64,000 nt of DNA from an uncultured Thermus sp. (GCA_947085095.1 CAMTVD010000014.1:128001-192000); one strand, 5' to 3'. Positions 1 through 9,077 are shown, counted from the stretch's first letter. Program-made: numbers and translations. The notes: a model not told the origin generated them from the sequence alone.

Positions 1-552
1 CAGGGGCCTTGTGAAGTCCAGCTCTCTCGGGGTCTTCTCCCCCCCCAGGTCCAGGCCGTAGACCCAAAGCCCCCGTTCCTTGAGCTCTTTGAGGGCCCGG
101 GGAAGGTTCTTCACCCGGATGACGGGAAGCTTCAGGGCGGCCCCGGCGCTGGCCTTCAGGGCCAGGGGGGAAAGGGGGGCGGCCCGCCTTTCCTCGGAGA
201 GGACCCCGTGGGCCCCCAGGGCCAGGGCGCTCCGGATCATGGCCCCGTAGTTCCGGGGGTCGGTGATCCCGTCCAGGACCACCAGGAGGGGGGGGTCCTT
301 CCGGGACGCCGCCAGGCGGAAGGCCTCGTCCAGGGGGGCGTAGCGGGGCTCCTCCACCTCCGCCGCTACCCCCTGGTGGTGGGTGGTCCTGAGGAGGGTG
401 TCCAGCTCAATGCGGGGGACCAGGGTGTACTGGGCCCCAAGCCCCTCCAGCTGGCGGAGGAGCCAGCCTTCCACCCCCTTGGCCACCAGGACCCGCCGGG
501 CCCGCCCCTCCTTCAGGGCCTCGAGGACCGGGTTCCGCCCGTAGATCCACAT
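1..552 (-). CDS. rlmB: 23S rRNA (G2251-2'-O)-methyltransferase RlmB / TrmH family, runs off window start
   Basis: Manual translation from ATG 552: MWIYGRNPVLEALKEGRARRVLVA...HHQGVAAEV...VLDGITDPRNYGAMIRSALALGAHG...ASAGAA (SpoU motifs). TAGACT lies 6 nt before the ATG. Not in the ORF track. Confidence 0.9.
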   Translation of the reverse strand, partial: MWIYGRNPVLEALKEGRARRVLVAKGVEGWLLRQLEGLGAQYTLVPRIELDTLLRTTHHQGVAAEVEEPRYAPLDEAFRLAASRKDPPLLVVLDGITDPRNYGAMIRSALALGAHGVLSEERRAAPLSPLALKASAGAALKLPVIRVKNLPRALKELKERGLWVYGLDLGGEKTPRELDFTRPL

Positions 553-597
553 GGCCCGAGTCTACGACGCTGGTATGATGTTGGGGAAGGAGGCGCT

Positions 598-1032
598 ATG
601 TACAAGACCATCCTTATGCCCACGGACGGGAGCCCCTGTAGCTTCCAGGCCATGGAACACGGCCTCAGCCTGGCCCAGGCCCTAGGGGCCAAGGTCCACT
701 TCCTCTACGTCCTGGAGAACCCCGCCCAGGCCATCTGGATCGCCCCGGAAAGCGTCCCCTATGGCCTTGAGCTTCTGGAGGACCTGAAGAAGGCGGCGGG
801 GGAGGCCATCGCCAAGGCCCTGGCCCTGGCCCGGGAGAGGGGGGTGGAGGCCACGGGGGAGGTGAAGGAGGGGGTGCCCATCCCCACCATCGTGGAGGCG
901 GCCCAGGGCTTTGACCTTTTGGTCATGGGCACCCACGGGCGCACCGGCCTGGACAAGCTCCTCCTGGGCTCGGTGACGGAAGGGGTCCTGCACCGGGTCT
1001 CCATCCCCGTCCTGGTGGTGCGCTGCCGCTAG
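598..1032 (+). CDS. Universal stress protein (UspA family)
   Basis: MYKTILMPTDGS...DLLVMGTHGRTGLDKLLLGSVTEGVLH; AAGGAGG RBS before ATG 598. Confidence 0.93.
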   Translation: MYKTILMPTDGSPCSFQAMEHGLSLAQALGAKVHFLYVLENPAQAIWIAPESVPYGLELLEDLKKAAGEAIAKALALARERGVEATGEVKEGVPIPTIVEAAQGFDLLVMGTHGRTGLDKLLLGSVTEGVLHRVSIPVLVVRCR

Positions 1033-1056
1033 GTCAGCCCCCAAGGGCTTACCTTG

Positions 1057-1572
1057 ATGCGCCTTGTTTCGGTCTTCGTCTCCTCCCGGCTTTCCCCGGA
1101 GGACCCCCTTTACCCCAGGCTGGTGCGCTACGGGGAGGTCCTGGCCGAGGAGGGGTTTGGCCTCGCCTCGGGAGGGTACCAGGGGGGGATGGCCGCCCTG
1201 GCCCGGGGGGTGAAGGCCAGGGGAGGGCTGGTGGTGGGGGTCACGGCTCCCGCCCTCTTTCCCGAACGGAAGGGGCCTAACCCCCACGTGGACCTGGAGC
1301 TTCCCGCGGCCACCCTGCCTGAGCGCATCGGCCGCCTTTTGGACCTGGGGGCGGGGTATCTGGCCCTGCCCGGGGGGGTGGGCACCCTGGCGGAGCTCAC
1401 CCTGGCCTGGAACCTCCTCTACCTGCGGCGGGGCCTGGGGCGGCCCCTGGCCGTGGACCCCTACTGGCTTTCCTTCCTCCGGCCCCACGGGGAGATCGCC
1501 CGGGAGGATTTGGATTTGATACAGGTGGTTGCGGACGAAAAAGACTTGAGGGCCTTCCTGAGGTCGCTATGA
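1057..1572 (+). CDS. LOG family (lysine decarboxylase-like) nucleotide-binding protein
   Basis: SGGYQGGM and [11 protein letters not shown] motifs. Confidence 0.85.
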   Translation: MRLVSVFVSSRLSPEDPLYPRLVRYGEVLAEEGFGLASGGYQGGMAALARGVKARGGLVVGVTAPALFPERKGPNPHVDLELPAATLPERIGRLLDLGAGYLALPGGVGTLAELTLAWNLLYLRRGLGRPLAVDPYWLSFLRPHGEIAREDLDLIQVVADEKDLRAFLRSL

Positions 1573-1937
1573 GCGAGACCCTTCTCGTCCACGTCCCCGA
1601 CTTGGGCCAGGGGGTGAGCTTTTACCAGGCCTTGGGCCTGGCCCTCGAGGCGCTGCTCCCCGAAAAGGAAGCCCTCCTGGCCCCGGGGGAAGGCCCCCTC
1701 CTCCTCCTCCGGCCGGGGACGGGAGGGGTGGAGCGGGGGCCGCAAAGGCCCAGGCCCGAGGGGCGGGGCTTCGCCCGGCTGAGGCTGGAGGAGGGGCGGT
1801 TGGTCTTCTTGGTGGAGAGCCTGGCCCACGAGCGGCTCCGCCTCTCCAAGTATGGCCTTCCCTTCCTGGAGGCCGGGGCGCACCTCCTCCTCTTTGACCC
1901 CGGGGAAAACCCCATCCTGGTGCGGGAGGGCCCGTGA
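1569..1937 (+). CDS. VOC/glyoxalase-like protein
   Basis: [17 protein letters not shown]...[12 protein letters not shown] pattern; ATGA overlap with the upstream gene. Confidence 0.75.
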   Translation: MSETLLVHVPDLGQGVSFYQALGLALEALLPEKEALLAPGEGPLLLLRPGTGGVERGPQRPRPEGRGFARLRLEEGRLVFLVESLAHERLRLSKYGLPFLEAGAHLLLFDPGENPILVREGP

Positions 1938-2683
1938 AGCGGCTTTGGCTTCTGGACCTGGACGACACCCTCCTCCAGGACCACGGGGTGAGCCAGGAGG
2001 TCCTGGAGGCCTTGGGAAGGGCTTTGGGGGTGGAGGGGCTTTTCCCGGCGGTGAAGGCCAAGGCCGAGGCCCACTTCCTTAAGGCTCCCTTTTACCCCTG
2101 GGCCGAGGCCATCGGCCACTCCGCCCTGGAGGCCCTCTGGGCCCGGTACTCCACCCCGGGCCTGGAGGGCCTGGCCGCCTGGGCCAAGGGCTTCCGCCAG
2201 AGGGTCTTCCGCGAGGCTTTGGAGGCCCTGGGAGGGCCGGTGGAAAGGGCCGGGGAGCTGGCCGAGGCCTTCTTCCGGGAGAGGCGCCGCTACCCCCTCT
2301 TTCCCGAGGTGCCGGAGTTCCTCGCCGCCCTGAAGGAAATGGGGGCCATCCCCGTCCTCCTCACCAACGGGGTGCCGGACCTGCAGCGGGAGAAGCTGGT
2401 GGGGTCGGGGCTAAAGGAGGCCTTCCCCCTCACCCTGGTCTCCGGGGAGGTGGGCCTGGGCAAGCCGGACCCCAGGCTCTTCCGCATGGCCCTTTGCGCC
2501 TATGGGGTGGCCACAGAGGAGGCGGTCATGGTGGGGGACAACCCGGAGCGGGACATCCAGGGAGCCCTGCTCGCCGGGGTCACCGCCGTCTGGGTGGACC
2601 GGGGCCACCGCCCCCCTGACCCCCGCTTCCCCCCCCACCTCACCGTGAGGGACCTGCGGCAGGCCCTGGCCCTTTTGGGGTAG
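1934..2683 (+). CDS. HAD family hydrolase
   Basis: DLDDTL, LLTNG, GKPDP and MVGDNPERDI motifs. Confidence 0.92.
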   Translation: MKRLWLLDLDDTLLQDHGVSQEVLEALGRALGVEGLFPAVKAKAEAHFLKAPFYPWAEAIGHSALEALWARYSTPGLEGLAAWAKGFRQRVFREALEALGGPVERAGELAEAFFRERRRYPLFPEVPEFLAALKEMGAIPVLLTNGVPDLQREKLVGSGLKEAFPLTLVSGEVGLGKPDPRLFRMALCAYGVATEEAVMVGDNPERDIQGALLAGVTAVWVDRGHRPPDPRFPPHLTVRDLRQALALLG

Positions 2684-2693
2684 GCTTGGGGCC

Positions 2694-3080
2694 ATGTACG
2701 AGGTCCTCCTCCTCCACAACCTGTTGCGCTGGGCGGTCCTCCTCTTCGGGGCCTGGGCCCTTTTGGAGCCGAAGCCCCGCCCTGGGGCCTTCTTCGCCCA
2801 CACCCTTACCCTGCAGGTGGTCCTGGGGGTGGTCCTGGCCTTCCTTAGCCCCCTTTTCCAGGGGGCCCTGGTGGCCCTGGACGAGGTCATGCGCACCCCC
2901 GGCGAGGCCCGCTACTTCGTGGCGGAGCACTGGGTGGGGGGGCTTTTGGCTTTGGGCCTGGCCCACGGGGGGCTTGCCCAGGCCCGCAAAGGGAAGCCCT
3001 TGGCCCGGCTCCTCTTCGCCCTAGCCTTCCTCGTCCTCCTCCTCTCCATCCCCTGGTTCCGGCCCCTTTTCCGGCTCTAA
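2694..3080 (+). CDS. Four-helix membrane protein with His residues (cytochrome b-like hypothetical)
   Basis: LHNLLRW...FVAEH...LAH...SIPWFRPLF; hydrophobic; TAGGCT-N7-ATG promoter. Confidence 0.75.
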   Translation: MYEVLLLHNLLRWAVLLFGAWALLEPKPRPGAFFAHTLTLQVVLGVVLAFLSPLFQGALVALDEVMRTPGEARYFVAEHWVGGLLALGLAHGGLAQARKGKPLARLLFALAFLVLLLSIPWFRPLFRL

Positions 3081-3120
3081 GGGGCGGCCCAGGGTCTTTT
3101 CCACGAGCCTCGGACGCTAT

Positions 3121-3675
3121 TTAAAGCAAGCGGGCCACCTCCAGGCTCACCTCGGGGAAGGCCAGGGGGCTCACCCTGTCCCTGGGCCTGAGGAGGGAGG
3201 CCTCCCGGTAGCCCTGGGACGAGGGGGAGCGGAAGAGGTGGAGCGCCCTCTCCTCCAGGTCCAAAACCCACACCTCCGGGATTCCGTGCCGGGCGTATAG
3301 GGGCACTTTGCGCTCCAGGTCATGGGCCTTGGAGGACTCGGCCACCTCCACCAGGAGGAGAACATCCTCGGGGCCAGGGTGGGCCTCCAGGTACAGGTCC
3401 TCCCGAGGCTTGAGGAGGGCTAGGTCCGGTTGCGGCTCAGAGAAGGTGTCCAGACGCACGGGGTCGTGGATGGCCATGAGGCAGCGCCCCTGGGCCTCGA
3501 GGGGAGAGAGGAGGAGGCGCAGGCGGCGCAAGGCGGCGGCGTGGCGGCTTCCGATGGGGCTCATCTGCCAAAGCTCCCCTTCCAAGAGCTCCACCCGGTC
3601 GTCCTCCCCTAGGAGGCCTGCTTCCACCATCCGGTGGTACTCCTCCGCGGTGAAGCGCTTGCGAACCGGGGTCAT
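3121..3675 (-). CDS. Uma2 (DUF820) family putative endonuclease
   Basis: FTAEEYHRM...VELLEG...PQPDL...LLVEVA...K..LYARHGIPEVWVLD. Confidence 0.93.
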   Translation of the reverse strand: MTPVRKRFTAEEYHRMVEAGLLGEDDRVELLEGELWQMSPIGSRHAAALRRLRLLLSPLEAQGRCLMAIHDPVRLDTFSEPQPDLALLKPREDLYLEAHPGPEDVLLLVEVAESSKAHDLERKVPLYARHGIPEVWVLDLEERALHLFRSPSSQGYREASLLRPRDRVSPLAFPEVSLEVARLL

Positions 3676-3679
3676 GGTT

Positions 3680-4471
3680 TCAGTCTAACCCGTAGGCCAC
3701 CGCCGCGTACCCCACCACCCGCCTCCCGTCCCCGGAGGCCTCGGCGCTGGTGGCGTAGGCGAGGAGCCTGGGTTTCCAGCCCAGGCGGCGGGCCAGGGCG
3801 GTGAGGCTGGCCCAGGGGAGGCGGCCGCAGGCCTCGGCCTGGGCCAGGGCCTCGGCCTCTAGGCTTAGGGCGGCCTCCAGGGTCCTCCCGTCCCGCTCCC
3901 GGGCCAGGGGGTCCGGGTGGTAGTGGGAGAGGTCGCTACTGGCCACGAGGAGGTCCGTGGGAAGGAGCTCCTCCAGGAGGGCTTCGGCCACCTTGAGGGG
4001 GTCTGCCTCCCCGAAGAGGAGGGGGAGGATGGGCACCCCGGGGAGGGTCACCTGGAGGAAGGGGAGGAGGACCTCGAGGCTGTGCTCCTCCAAGAAGGGC
4101 TCCTCTAGCTCCAGGAAGGGGGAGCCCTTCCTTAGAAGCCTCCCGCCCCCCTCCAGGTCCACGGCCACCTCCCCCAAGGGGGTGCGCCAGGCCCGGTAGG
4201 GGTAGAAGGCCACCCCCAAAAAGGGGACGAAGTGGCTGGGGCCCAGAAGAAAGGCCCTCCCCGCCCGTCCCCGCCAGCCGGAGAGGGCCTGGAAGCTTTC
4301 CGCCGCCACCTTCCCCGAGTAGAAGTAGCCCGCGTGGGGGGAGAGGACCCCCCGGGCCCTCGAGGGCGGGGTCTTGGCGGCCCTTAGGAGGGCTTCCACC
4401 TCCTTCCGCAGGGCCTCCTCATCCTTAGGGTAAAAGTACCCCGCCACCCTTTCTTTCCTCACCAGGTCCAT
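3680..4471 (-). CDS. amrB: AmmeMemoRadiSam system protein B (Memo-like)
   Basis: VAGYFYP, PHAGYFYSG, GPSH, EHSLEV, ASSDLSHY, ACG, VVGYAA; ATG 4471 overlaps the amrS 3' end. Confidence 0.92.
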   Translation of the reverse strand: MDLVRKERVAGYFYPKDEEALRKEVEALLRAAKTPPSRARGVLSPHAGYFYSGKVAAESFQALSGWRGRAGRAFLLGPSHFVPFLGVAFYPYRAWRTPLGEVAVDLEGGGRLLRKGSPFLELEEPFLEEHSLEVLLPFLQVTLPGVPILPLLFGEADPLKVAEALLEELLPTDLLVASSDLSHYHPDPLARERDGRTLEAALSLEAEALAQAEACGRLPWASLTALARRLGWKPRLLAYATSAEASGDGRRVVGYAAVAYGLD

Positions 4472-5511
4472 ACCCCAGGGATCCTCCTCCCGCACCCCGG
4501 GCAAACCCCGGGCTCCTGCCAGAGGGCTTCCACCCTGAACCCCCGCCTGCGGAGAAGGAGGCGGCCGCAGTCCGGGCAGAAGGTGGAGCTCCTTGCCTCG
4601 TCCAGGACGTTGCCCACGTAGACGAACCTCAGCCCCTCCTCCTTGGCGATCCCGTGGGCCCTGACCAGGGTGGCGTGGCGGGTGGGCCTTAGGTCGGGCA
4701 TGCGGAAATCGGGGTGGGCGGCGGTGAGGTGCCAGGGGATCTCCGGGGAGAGGCCTTTGAGGAAGCGGGCCATGGCCCGGATCTCCTCCTCCCCGTCGTT
4801 GTAGCCCTCCAGGAGCAGGCTGGTCACCTCCACCCAGACCCCCAAGGCCACCAGGTGCTCCAGGCTCTCCAGGACGGGCTTAAGCCGGGCTCCGCAGACC
4901 TCCCGGTAGAACCTCTCGCTGAAGCCCTTCAGGTCCACGTTGGCCGCGTCCAGGTAGGGGCGGATGTAGTCCCAGGCCTCCTTGGTCTCAAAGCCGCTGG
5001 TCACGAAGACGTTCTTCATGCCCCGGGCCTTGGCCAGCTTGGCGGTGTCGTGGGCGTACTCTATAAAGACGGCGGGCTCGTTGTAGGTGTAGGCGAGAAG
5101 CCTCACTCCCAGGGCCTCGGCCTCGGCCACGATCCTTTCCGGGGGCCAGTCCTCGCCGATGGGCCGGTCCAGATGGCCCTCCGGGCTCACGGAAAACTCC
5201 CGGAACTGGGAGATGGCCCAGTTTTGGCAGAAGGCGCAGAAGAGGTTGCAGCCCACGGTGCCCAGGGAGAGGATCCCCTCCCCGGGGTGGAAGTGGTAGA
5301 GGGGCTTCTTCTCCACCGGGTCCAGGTGCACCGCGGCCGCCTTGCCGTAGGTGACCAGGTAAAGCCTCCCGCCCAGGTTGCGGCGCACCCCGCACTTCCC
5401 CGCCCCCCCTGGGGGAACCGCGCAGTAGTGGGCGCAGGCCCGGCACTGCACGTAGCCCTTGGGCAGGGGGCGCTTCAGGTCCGCTTCCCTTAGGGTGGTG
5501 GTCAGGGTCAT
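4459..5511 (-). CDS. amrS: AmmeMemoRadiSam system radical SAM enzyme
   Basis: CRACAHYC N-terminus, DPVEKKPLYHF, CNLFCAFCQN (CxxxCxxC), YTYNEP, C-terminal CPDC/CPGC. Confidence 0.95.
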   Translation of the reverse strand: MTLTTTLREADLKRPLPKGYVQCRACAHYCAVPPGGAGKCGVRRNLGGRLYLVTYGKAAAVHLDPVEKKPLYHFHPGEGILSLGTVGCNLFCAFCQNWAISQFREFSVSPEGHLDRPIGEDWPPERIVAEAEALGVRLLAYTYNEPAVFIEYAHDTAKLAKARGMKNVFVTSGFETKEAWDYIRPYLDAANVDLKGFSERFYREVCGARLKPVLESLEHLVALGVWVEVTSLLLEGYNDGEEEIRAMARFLKGLSPEIPWHLTAAHPDFRMPDLRPTRHATLVRAHGIAKEEGLRFVYVGNVLDEARSSTFCPDCGRLLLRRRGFRVEALWQEPGVCPGCGRRIPGVWTW

Positions 5512-5541
5512 TTGATAGCGCTAATCTCAGTATAGCAAACT

Positions 5542-6951
5542 GTGGGCGTGGCTCCCTTTCCCCCCGAGAAGGAAGAGGACTTCGCCCCCTTCTTCCCCAA
5601 GGAGGTCCTGCGCCGGGGCCTGGCCTACGCCAAGGAGGGCCGGGTGCGCCGGATCTACCGGGTGGGGGAGCGGCTCCTTGGCGAGGTCCAGGGCTCGGCC
5701 CCCGAGCCCTACCGGGTGGAGGTGGGGCCGGGCCTTTGGGGAAGCTGCACCTGCCCTTATCCGGACTTCCCTTGCAAGCACGCGGCGGCCCTCCTCTACG
5801 CCTACCTCGAGGCCCGCCCCCGGGAGGACCTCATGGAGGTCCTGGACCGCCTCTCCCCGGAAGAGGCGAAGGGCCTTTTGCGGGGCCTGGCCCAGGTGCC
5901 GGAGGTGGCCCTTTTCCTGGGGGAGGCCCTCCTCCCCGAGAGGAGCTTCCTAGAGGCGGTGCGGGCCCTGCGCCAGGCTTTTTTCCTGGGGGGCGGGGAG
6001 AGGGAGGCCAGGGAACTTCTCTTCAGGCTAAGGAAGGCCAAGGCGAAGGAGGTCTTGGCCTTTCTGGAGGCCCTCCTCGAGGCCCCCTTTGACCCGGAGC
6101 CCTACCTCCGGGCCGGGGTGGGGCGGTACCGGGAGGTTTCCCAAGACCCCCTCCCCCTTCTCCACCTCTACCTGAGGGCCCTTTCCCCTGCCTTGGAGGA
6201 GGCCGTCCTGGACTTGGGGAAAAGGGAGCCAGAAAGGCTTCTTCCCCACCTTGCCGGCAAGGACCCTGGGGGGTTCAAGCGGGCCTTGAAGGTCAGGCTC
6301 CTCTTCGCCTTAGGACGGGAGGAGGAGGCCTTGGGCCTCATGCGGGAGCACCTGGAGGGCCCCGAGGACTACCTGGCCCTGGTGGAGCGCCTCCTCGCCC
6401 TGGGCCGGGAGGCGGAGGCCCTGCGCTACGCGGAGGAGGCCCTAGCCTGGTTCGGCAAGGACCCGAGGCTCTTCCCCTTGGCGGACCTCCTGGCGAGGAG
6501 GCGGGGAAGGCCCGAGGACCTCCTCCTCCGCTTCGCCCTGAAGCCCAGCCTCGAGGACTACGCCGCCCTCAAGGCCCTCCTGGGCAAGGCCTTTCCGGAA
6601 AAGCGGCGGGAGCTTTTGCGCCTGGTGAAAGACCCCGTTCTCCTCGCCCGCATCCACCTCCTGGAGGAGGACTGGCGGGCCTTGGACCGCCTCCTGAAGG
6701 GGGCTTCCCCGGAGGCCTACCCCGCCTTGGCGGAGGCCCTGGAGGAGCGGCTTCCCCAGGAGGCCCTGCGCCTCTACCTGGAGGCGGCCCAGGGGCTCAT
6801 TGCGGCCATGGGGCGGAGCCGCTACCGGGAGGCGGCCAGGCTCCTGGCCCGGGCCAGGGCCCTGGACCCGGGGCGGGTGGCCGCCTTCCTGAAGGGCCTG
6901 AAGGCCCTCTACCCCCACCGCCGGGCCCTGTGGGAGGAGCTTGGCTCTTAA
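5542..6951 (+). CDS. SWIM zinc-finger protein with helical C-terminal region
   Basis: GSCTCPYPDFPCKHAAALL (CxC...CxH); C-terminal RSRYREAARLL...RRALWEEL typical of this family. Confidence 0.88.
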   Translation: MGVAPFPPEKEEDFAPFFPKEVLRRGLAYAKEGRVRRIYRVGERLLGEVQGSAPEPYRVEVGPGLWGSCTCPYPDFPCKHAAALLYAYLEARPREDLMEVLDRLSPEEAKGLLRGLAQVPEVALFLGEALLPERSFLEAVRALRQAFFLGGGEREARELLFRLRKAKAKEVLAFLEALLEAPFDPEPYLRAGVGRYREVSQDPLPLLHLYLRALSPALEEAVLDLGKREPERLLPHLAGKDPGGFKRALKVRLLFALGREEEALGLMREHLEGPEDYLALVERLLALGREAEALRYAEEALAWFGKDPRLFPLADLLARRRGRPEDLLLRFALKPSLEDYAALKALLGKAFPEKRRELLRLVKDPVLLARIHLLEEDWRALDRLLKGASPEAYPALAEALEERLPQEALRLYLEAAQGLIAAMGRSRYREAARLLARARALDPGRVAAFLKGLKALYPHRRALWEELGS

Positions 6952-7074
6952 TACCACCCCATGCTGGCTTGCGCCCGCATGGGGGCCCCGGCAAAAGGTT
7001 CCTGGGGAAGTGGACCGAAGCAGGAAACTAGGATATAAGTGCCCTGCCGTGGCTTTCGCCGCGGTGGGGACCCC
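6951..7074 (+). repeat. Two tandem REP-like hairpin repeats (6951-6990 and 7041-7074)
   Basis: CCCCATGC-TGGCTTGCGCCC-GCATGGGG-GCCCC and CCCTGCCG-TGGCTTTCGCCG-CGGTGGGG-ACCCC: similar loop, compensatory stem changes. Confidence 0.65.
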
Positions 7075-7129
7075 AAAAGCAAGGTGGCCACTTAACGGCT
7101 TTCTCAGCCTCCTTGGGGAGAATAGAGGG

Positions 7130-8146
7130 GTGGAGCGGTTTCCCTGGGTAGAGGTTTTTCGCGGCCTGGCCATCTTGGAGGTGGTCCTGCACCACCTCCT
7201 GGGCCGCTTTCTGCGGGAGGTGCCCCCGGAAACACCCCTCTGGTTCCTCCTGGCGGCCTTAAACCGCACCCTCCACTTCGCCGTGCCCGCCTTCCTCTTC
7301 CTCACCGCCTTGGTGATCGGGGCCAGCTTCTGGCGCTCCTTCTCCCTGGGGCGCTACCTGCGAAACCGGGCCCTAAGGCTCCTCTGGCCCTACCTCCTTT
7401 GGAGCGGGGTCTACCTGGCCTTCCGCTACTGGGATTACGGGGTCTTCCAGCCGGAGCGCATCCCCCACCAGCTCCTCTGGGGCAAGGCCTACTTCCACCT
7501 TTACTTTCTGGCGGTGGCCCTCCAGCTCACCCTTATTCTGCCCCTCTTCCTCCCCATGGTGCGGGGGCGGGTCCACGGGGGCTGGTTTCTCCTCCTGGGC
7601 CTAGGGGGCACCCTTCTCATCTACCTCCTCAACCGCCACTACCGCTTCCTGCCCTATCCCGGGAGCTTCGTCCTATGGTACCTTCCCGCCATCGCCTTGG
7701 GCCTTTACCTAGCGAGCCGCCTGGAGCTTCTTCCCCGTCTCCTCCGCCTCTGGCCCCTGGCCCTGGGCCTGGCCTTGCTGGGGCTTGGCCTTTACCTGCC
7801 CCTGGCCCTCGAGGCCCTGCAGAAGCGGCCCGTCAACACCATGCACTACCAGCTGGCCCACTGGCTCTACACCACGGCCATGGCCTTCCTCCTCCTGGCC
7901 CTGGCCCACCGCTTGGCCCAGACTCGCTGGCGGCCCCTTCTGGCCTTCCTGGGCCGCTACTCCCTGCAGATCTACCTCCTCCACCCCATGGTGGTGCGCC
8001 TCCTGGAGAAAAACCCCACCTTCCCCGAACCCCTGGGCCTCAAGCCCGCCTTTTTGATATACCTCGTTCTGGTCCTAGGCCTCCCTCTGCTCCTGGCCCA
8101 CCTTCTGGCCCGGGTCCGGGCCTCCCTCCTCCTTTTTGGCCGATGA
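7130..8146 (+). CDS. Acyltransferase family 3 (membrane O-acyltransferase)
   Basis: FRGLAILEVVLHH, FAVPAFLFLT, RALRLLWPYLLWS, YFHLYFL, GRYSLQIYLLH; GTG start at 7130. Confidence 0.9.
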   Translation: MERFPWVEVFRGLAILEVVLHHLLGRFLREVPPETPLWFLLAALNRTLHFAVPAFLFLTALVIGASFWRSFSLGRYLRNRALRLLWPYLLWSGVYLAFRYWDYGVFQPERIPHQLLWGKAYFHLYFLAVALQLTLILPLFLPMVRGRVHGGWFLLLGLGGTLLIYLLNRHYRFLPYPGSFVLWYLPAIALGLYLASRLELLPRLLRLWPLALGLALLGLGLYLPLALEALQKRPVNTMHYQLAHWLYTTAMAFLLLALAHRLAQTRWRPLLAFLGRYSLQIYLLHPMVVRLLEKNPTFPEPLGLKPAFLIYLVLVLGLPLLLAHLLARVRASLLLFGR

Positions 8147-9033
8147 GGCGCCTCTGGCTTCTCCTTCCCCCACTTGCCCTGGTCCTCTTGGGGCTTCTGA
8201 AGCCCCCGCCTCTGGTCTGGGAGGGGGAGGGGGTCCGGTACCGGCGGGCGGGGGTGGGCCTCTTCGCCCAGGTCTGCCGCCCAAAGGGACCGCCCCAGGG
8301 AGCGGTTCTCCTGGTCCCCGGGGGGTTTGGCCCCCCCACGGCCAGCATGCTGGCCCGGTGCCGGGCCTGGGCGGAGCGGGGCTTTTTGGGCGTGGTGCCC
8401 CACCTGCGGGGCCGTGGAAAGAGCGGGGGGAGGATCACGGGCTGCCTGGAGGAGGCGGAGGACCTGGCCCACCTGGCCCGCCTTCTCCCGCGGCTTGGGG
8501 CGGACCGGCACGCCTATGCGGGCTACTCCCTGGGGGCCTGCGTGGCCCTCAAGGCGGCGGCCCTCGAGGGGAAGGCCAGGGGGGTGGTCTTCGCCATCGG
8601 CCCCGTGGACTTCGCCGAGCAGGTGGCCATCCTGAGGCGAAGCCGCCCCGAGGCCCTTTCCCGCTGGCGGGAGATCTTCGGCGACACCCCGGAGGTCCTG
8701 GCCCGCCAAAGCCCCCTACCCTACGCTTCCCGCCTTCAGGCCCCCCTCCTCGTCCTCCAGGCGGGCAACGACCCCCTGATTCCCCCCACCCAGGCCTGCC
8801 GCCTTAGGGACGTGCGGGAGGCCATGGGGCGGCGGGTCCACCAGGTGGCCCTGACCCGGGAGGGGGAGGTTTGGACGGGGCCCCTCACCAAGGGCCGGGC
8901 CTGCCTCCGGCCCACGGGCTTTGGCCCCGAGGAGGACGACCACCTGATCCTCTTCCCGGACCTGCACCACACGGTGATCCCCGCCATGGAAGCCCTGTCG
9001 GAGCGGTTCCTCCTGGCCTGGATGCGCCCTTGA
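8143..9033 (+). CDS. Membrane-anchored/exported alpha/beta hydrolase
   Basis: N-terminal hydrophobic MRRLWLLLPPLALVLLGLL; RGRGKSGG; GYSLG nucleophile; NDPLIP; LHH; ATGA overlap. Confidence 0.85.
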   Translation: MRRLWLLLPPLALVLLGLLKPPPLVWEGEGVRYRRAGVGLFAQVCRPKGPPQGAVLLVPGGFGPPTASMLARCRAWAERGFLGVVPHLRGRGKSGGRITGCLEEAEDLAHLARLLPRLGADRHAYAGYSLGACVALKAAALEGKARGVVFAIGPVDFAEQVAILRRSRPEALSRWREIFGDTPEVLARQSPLPYASRLQAPLLVLQAGNDPLIPPTQACRLRDVREAMGRRVHQVALTREGEVWTGPLTKGRACLRPTGFGPEEDDHLILFPDLHHTVIPAMEALSERFLLAWMRP

Positions 9034-9058
9034 CAAGCCAGAGGGTTTCCGCCATAGT
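9030..9058 (+). promoter_or_regulatory. Sigma-A promoter of the tRNA-Ser pair
   Basis: TTGACA (9030-9035), 17 bp spacer, CATAGT (9053-9058), about 20 nt before the tRNA. Confidence 0.8.
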
Positions 9059-9077
9059 GGGGCTTGCGGCCAGTCCT

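Noticed and set aside
7085..7095. TGGCCACTTAA shared with 59754-59764
   Set aside because: A single 11-mer match in different positional contexts; cannot be distinguished from chance.
7399..8142. N-terminal extension of the 544-aa ORF overlapping the acyltransferase
   Set aside because: Pro/Gly-rich off-frame read. The real gene begins at ATG 8143 with an ATGA overlap and a signal-like N-terminus.
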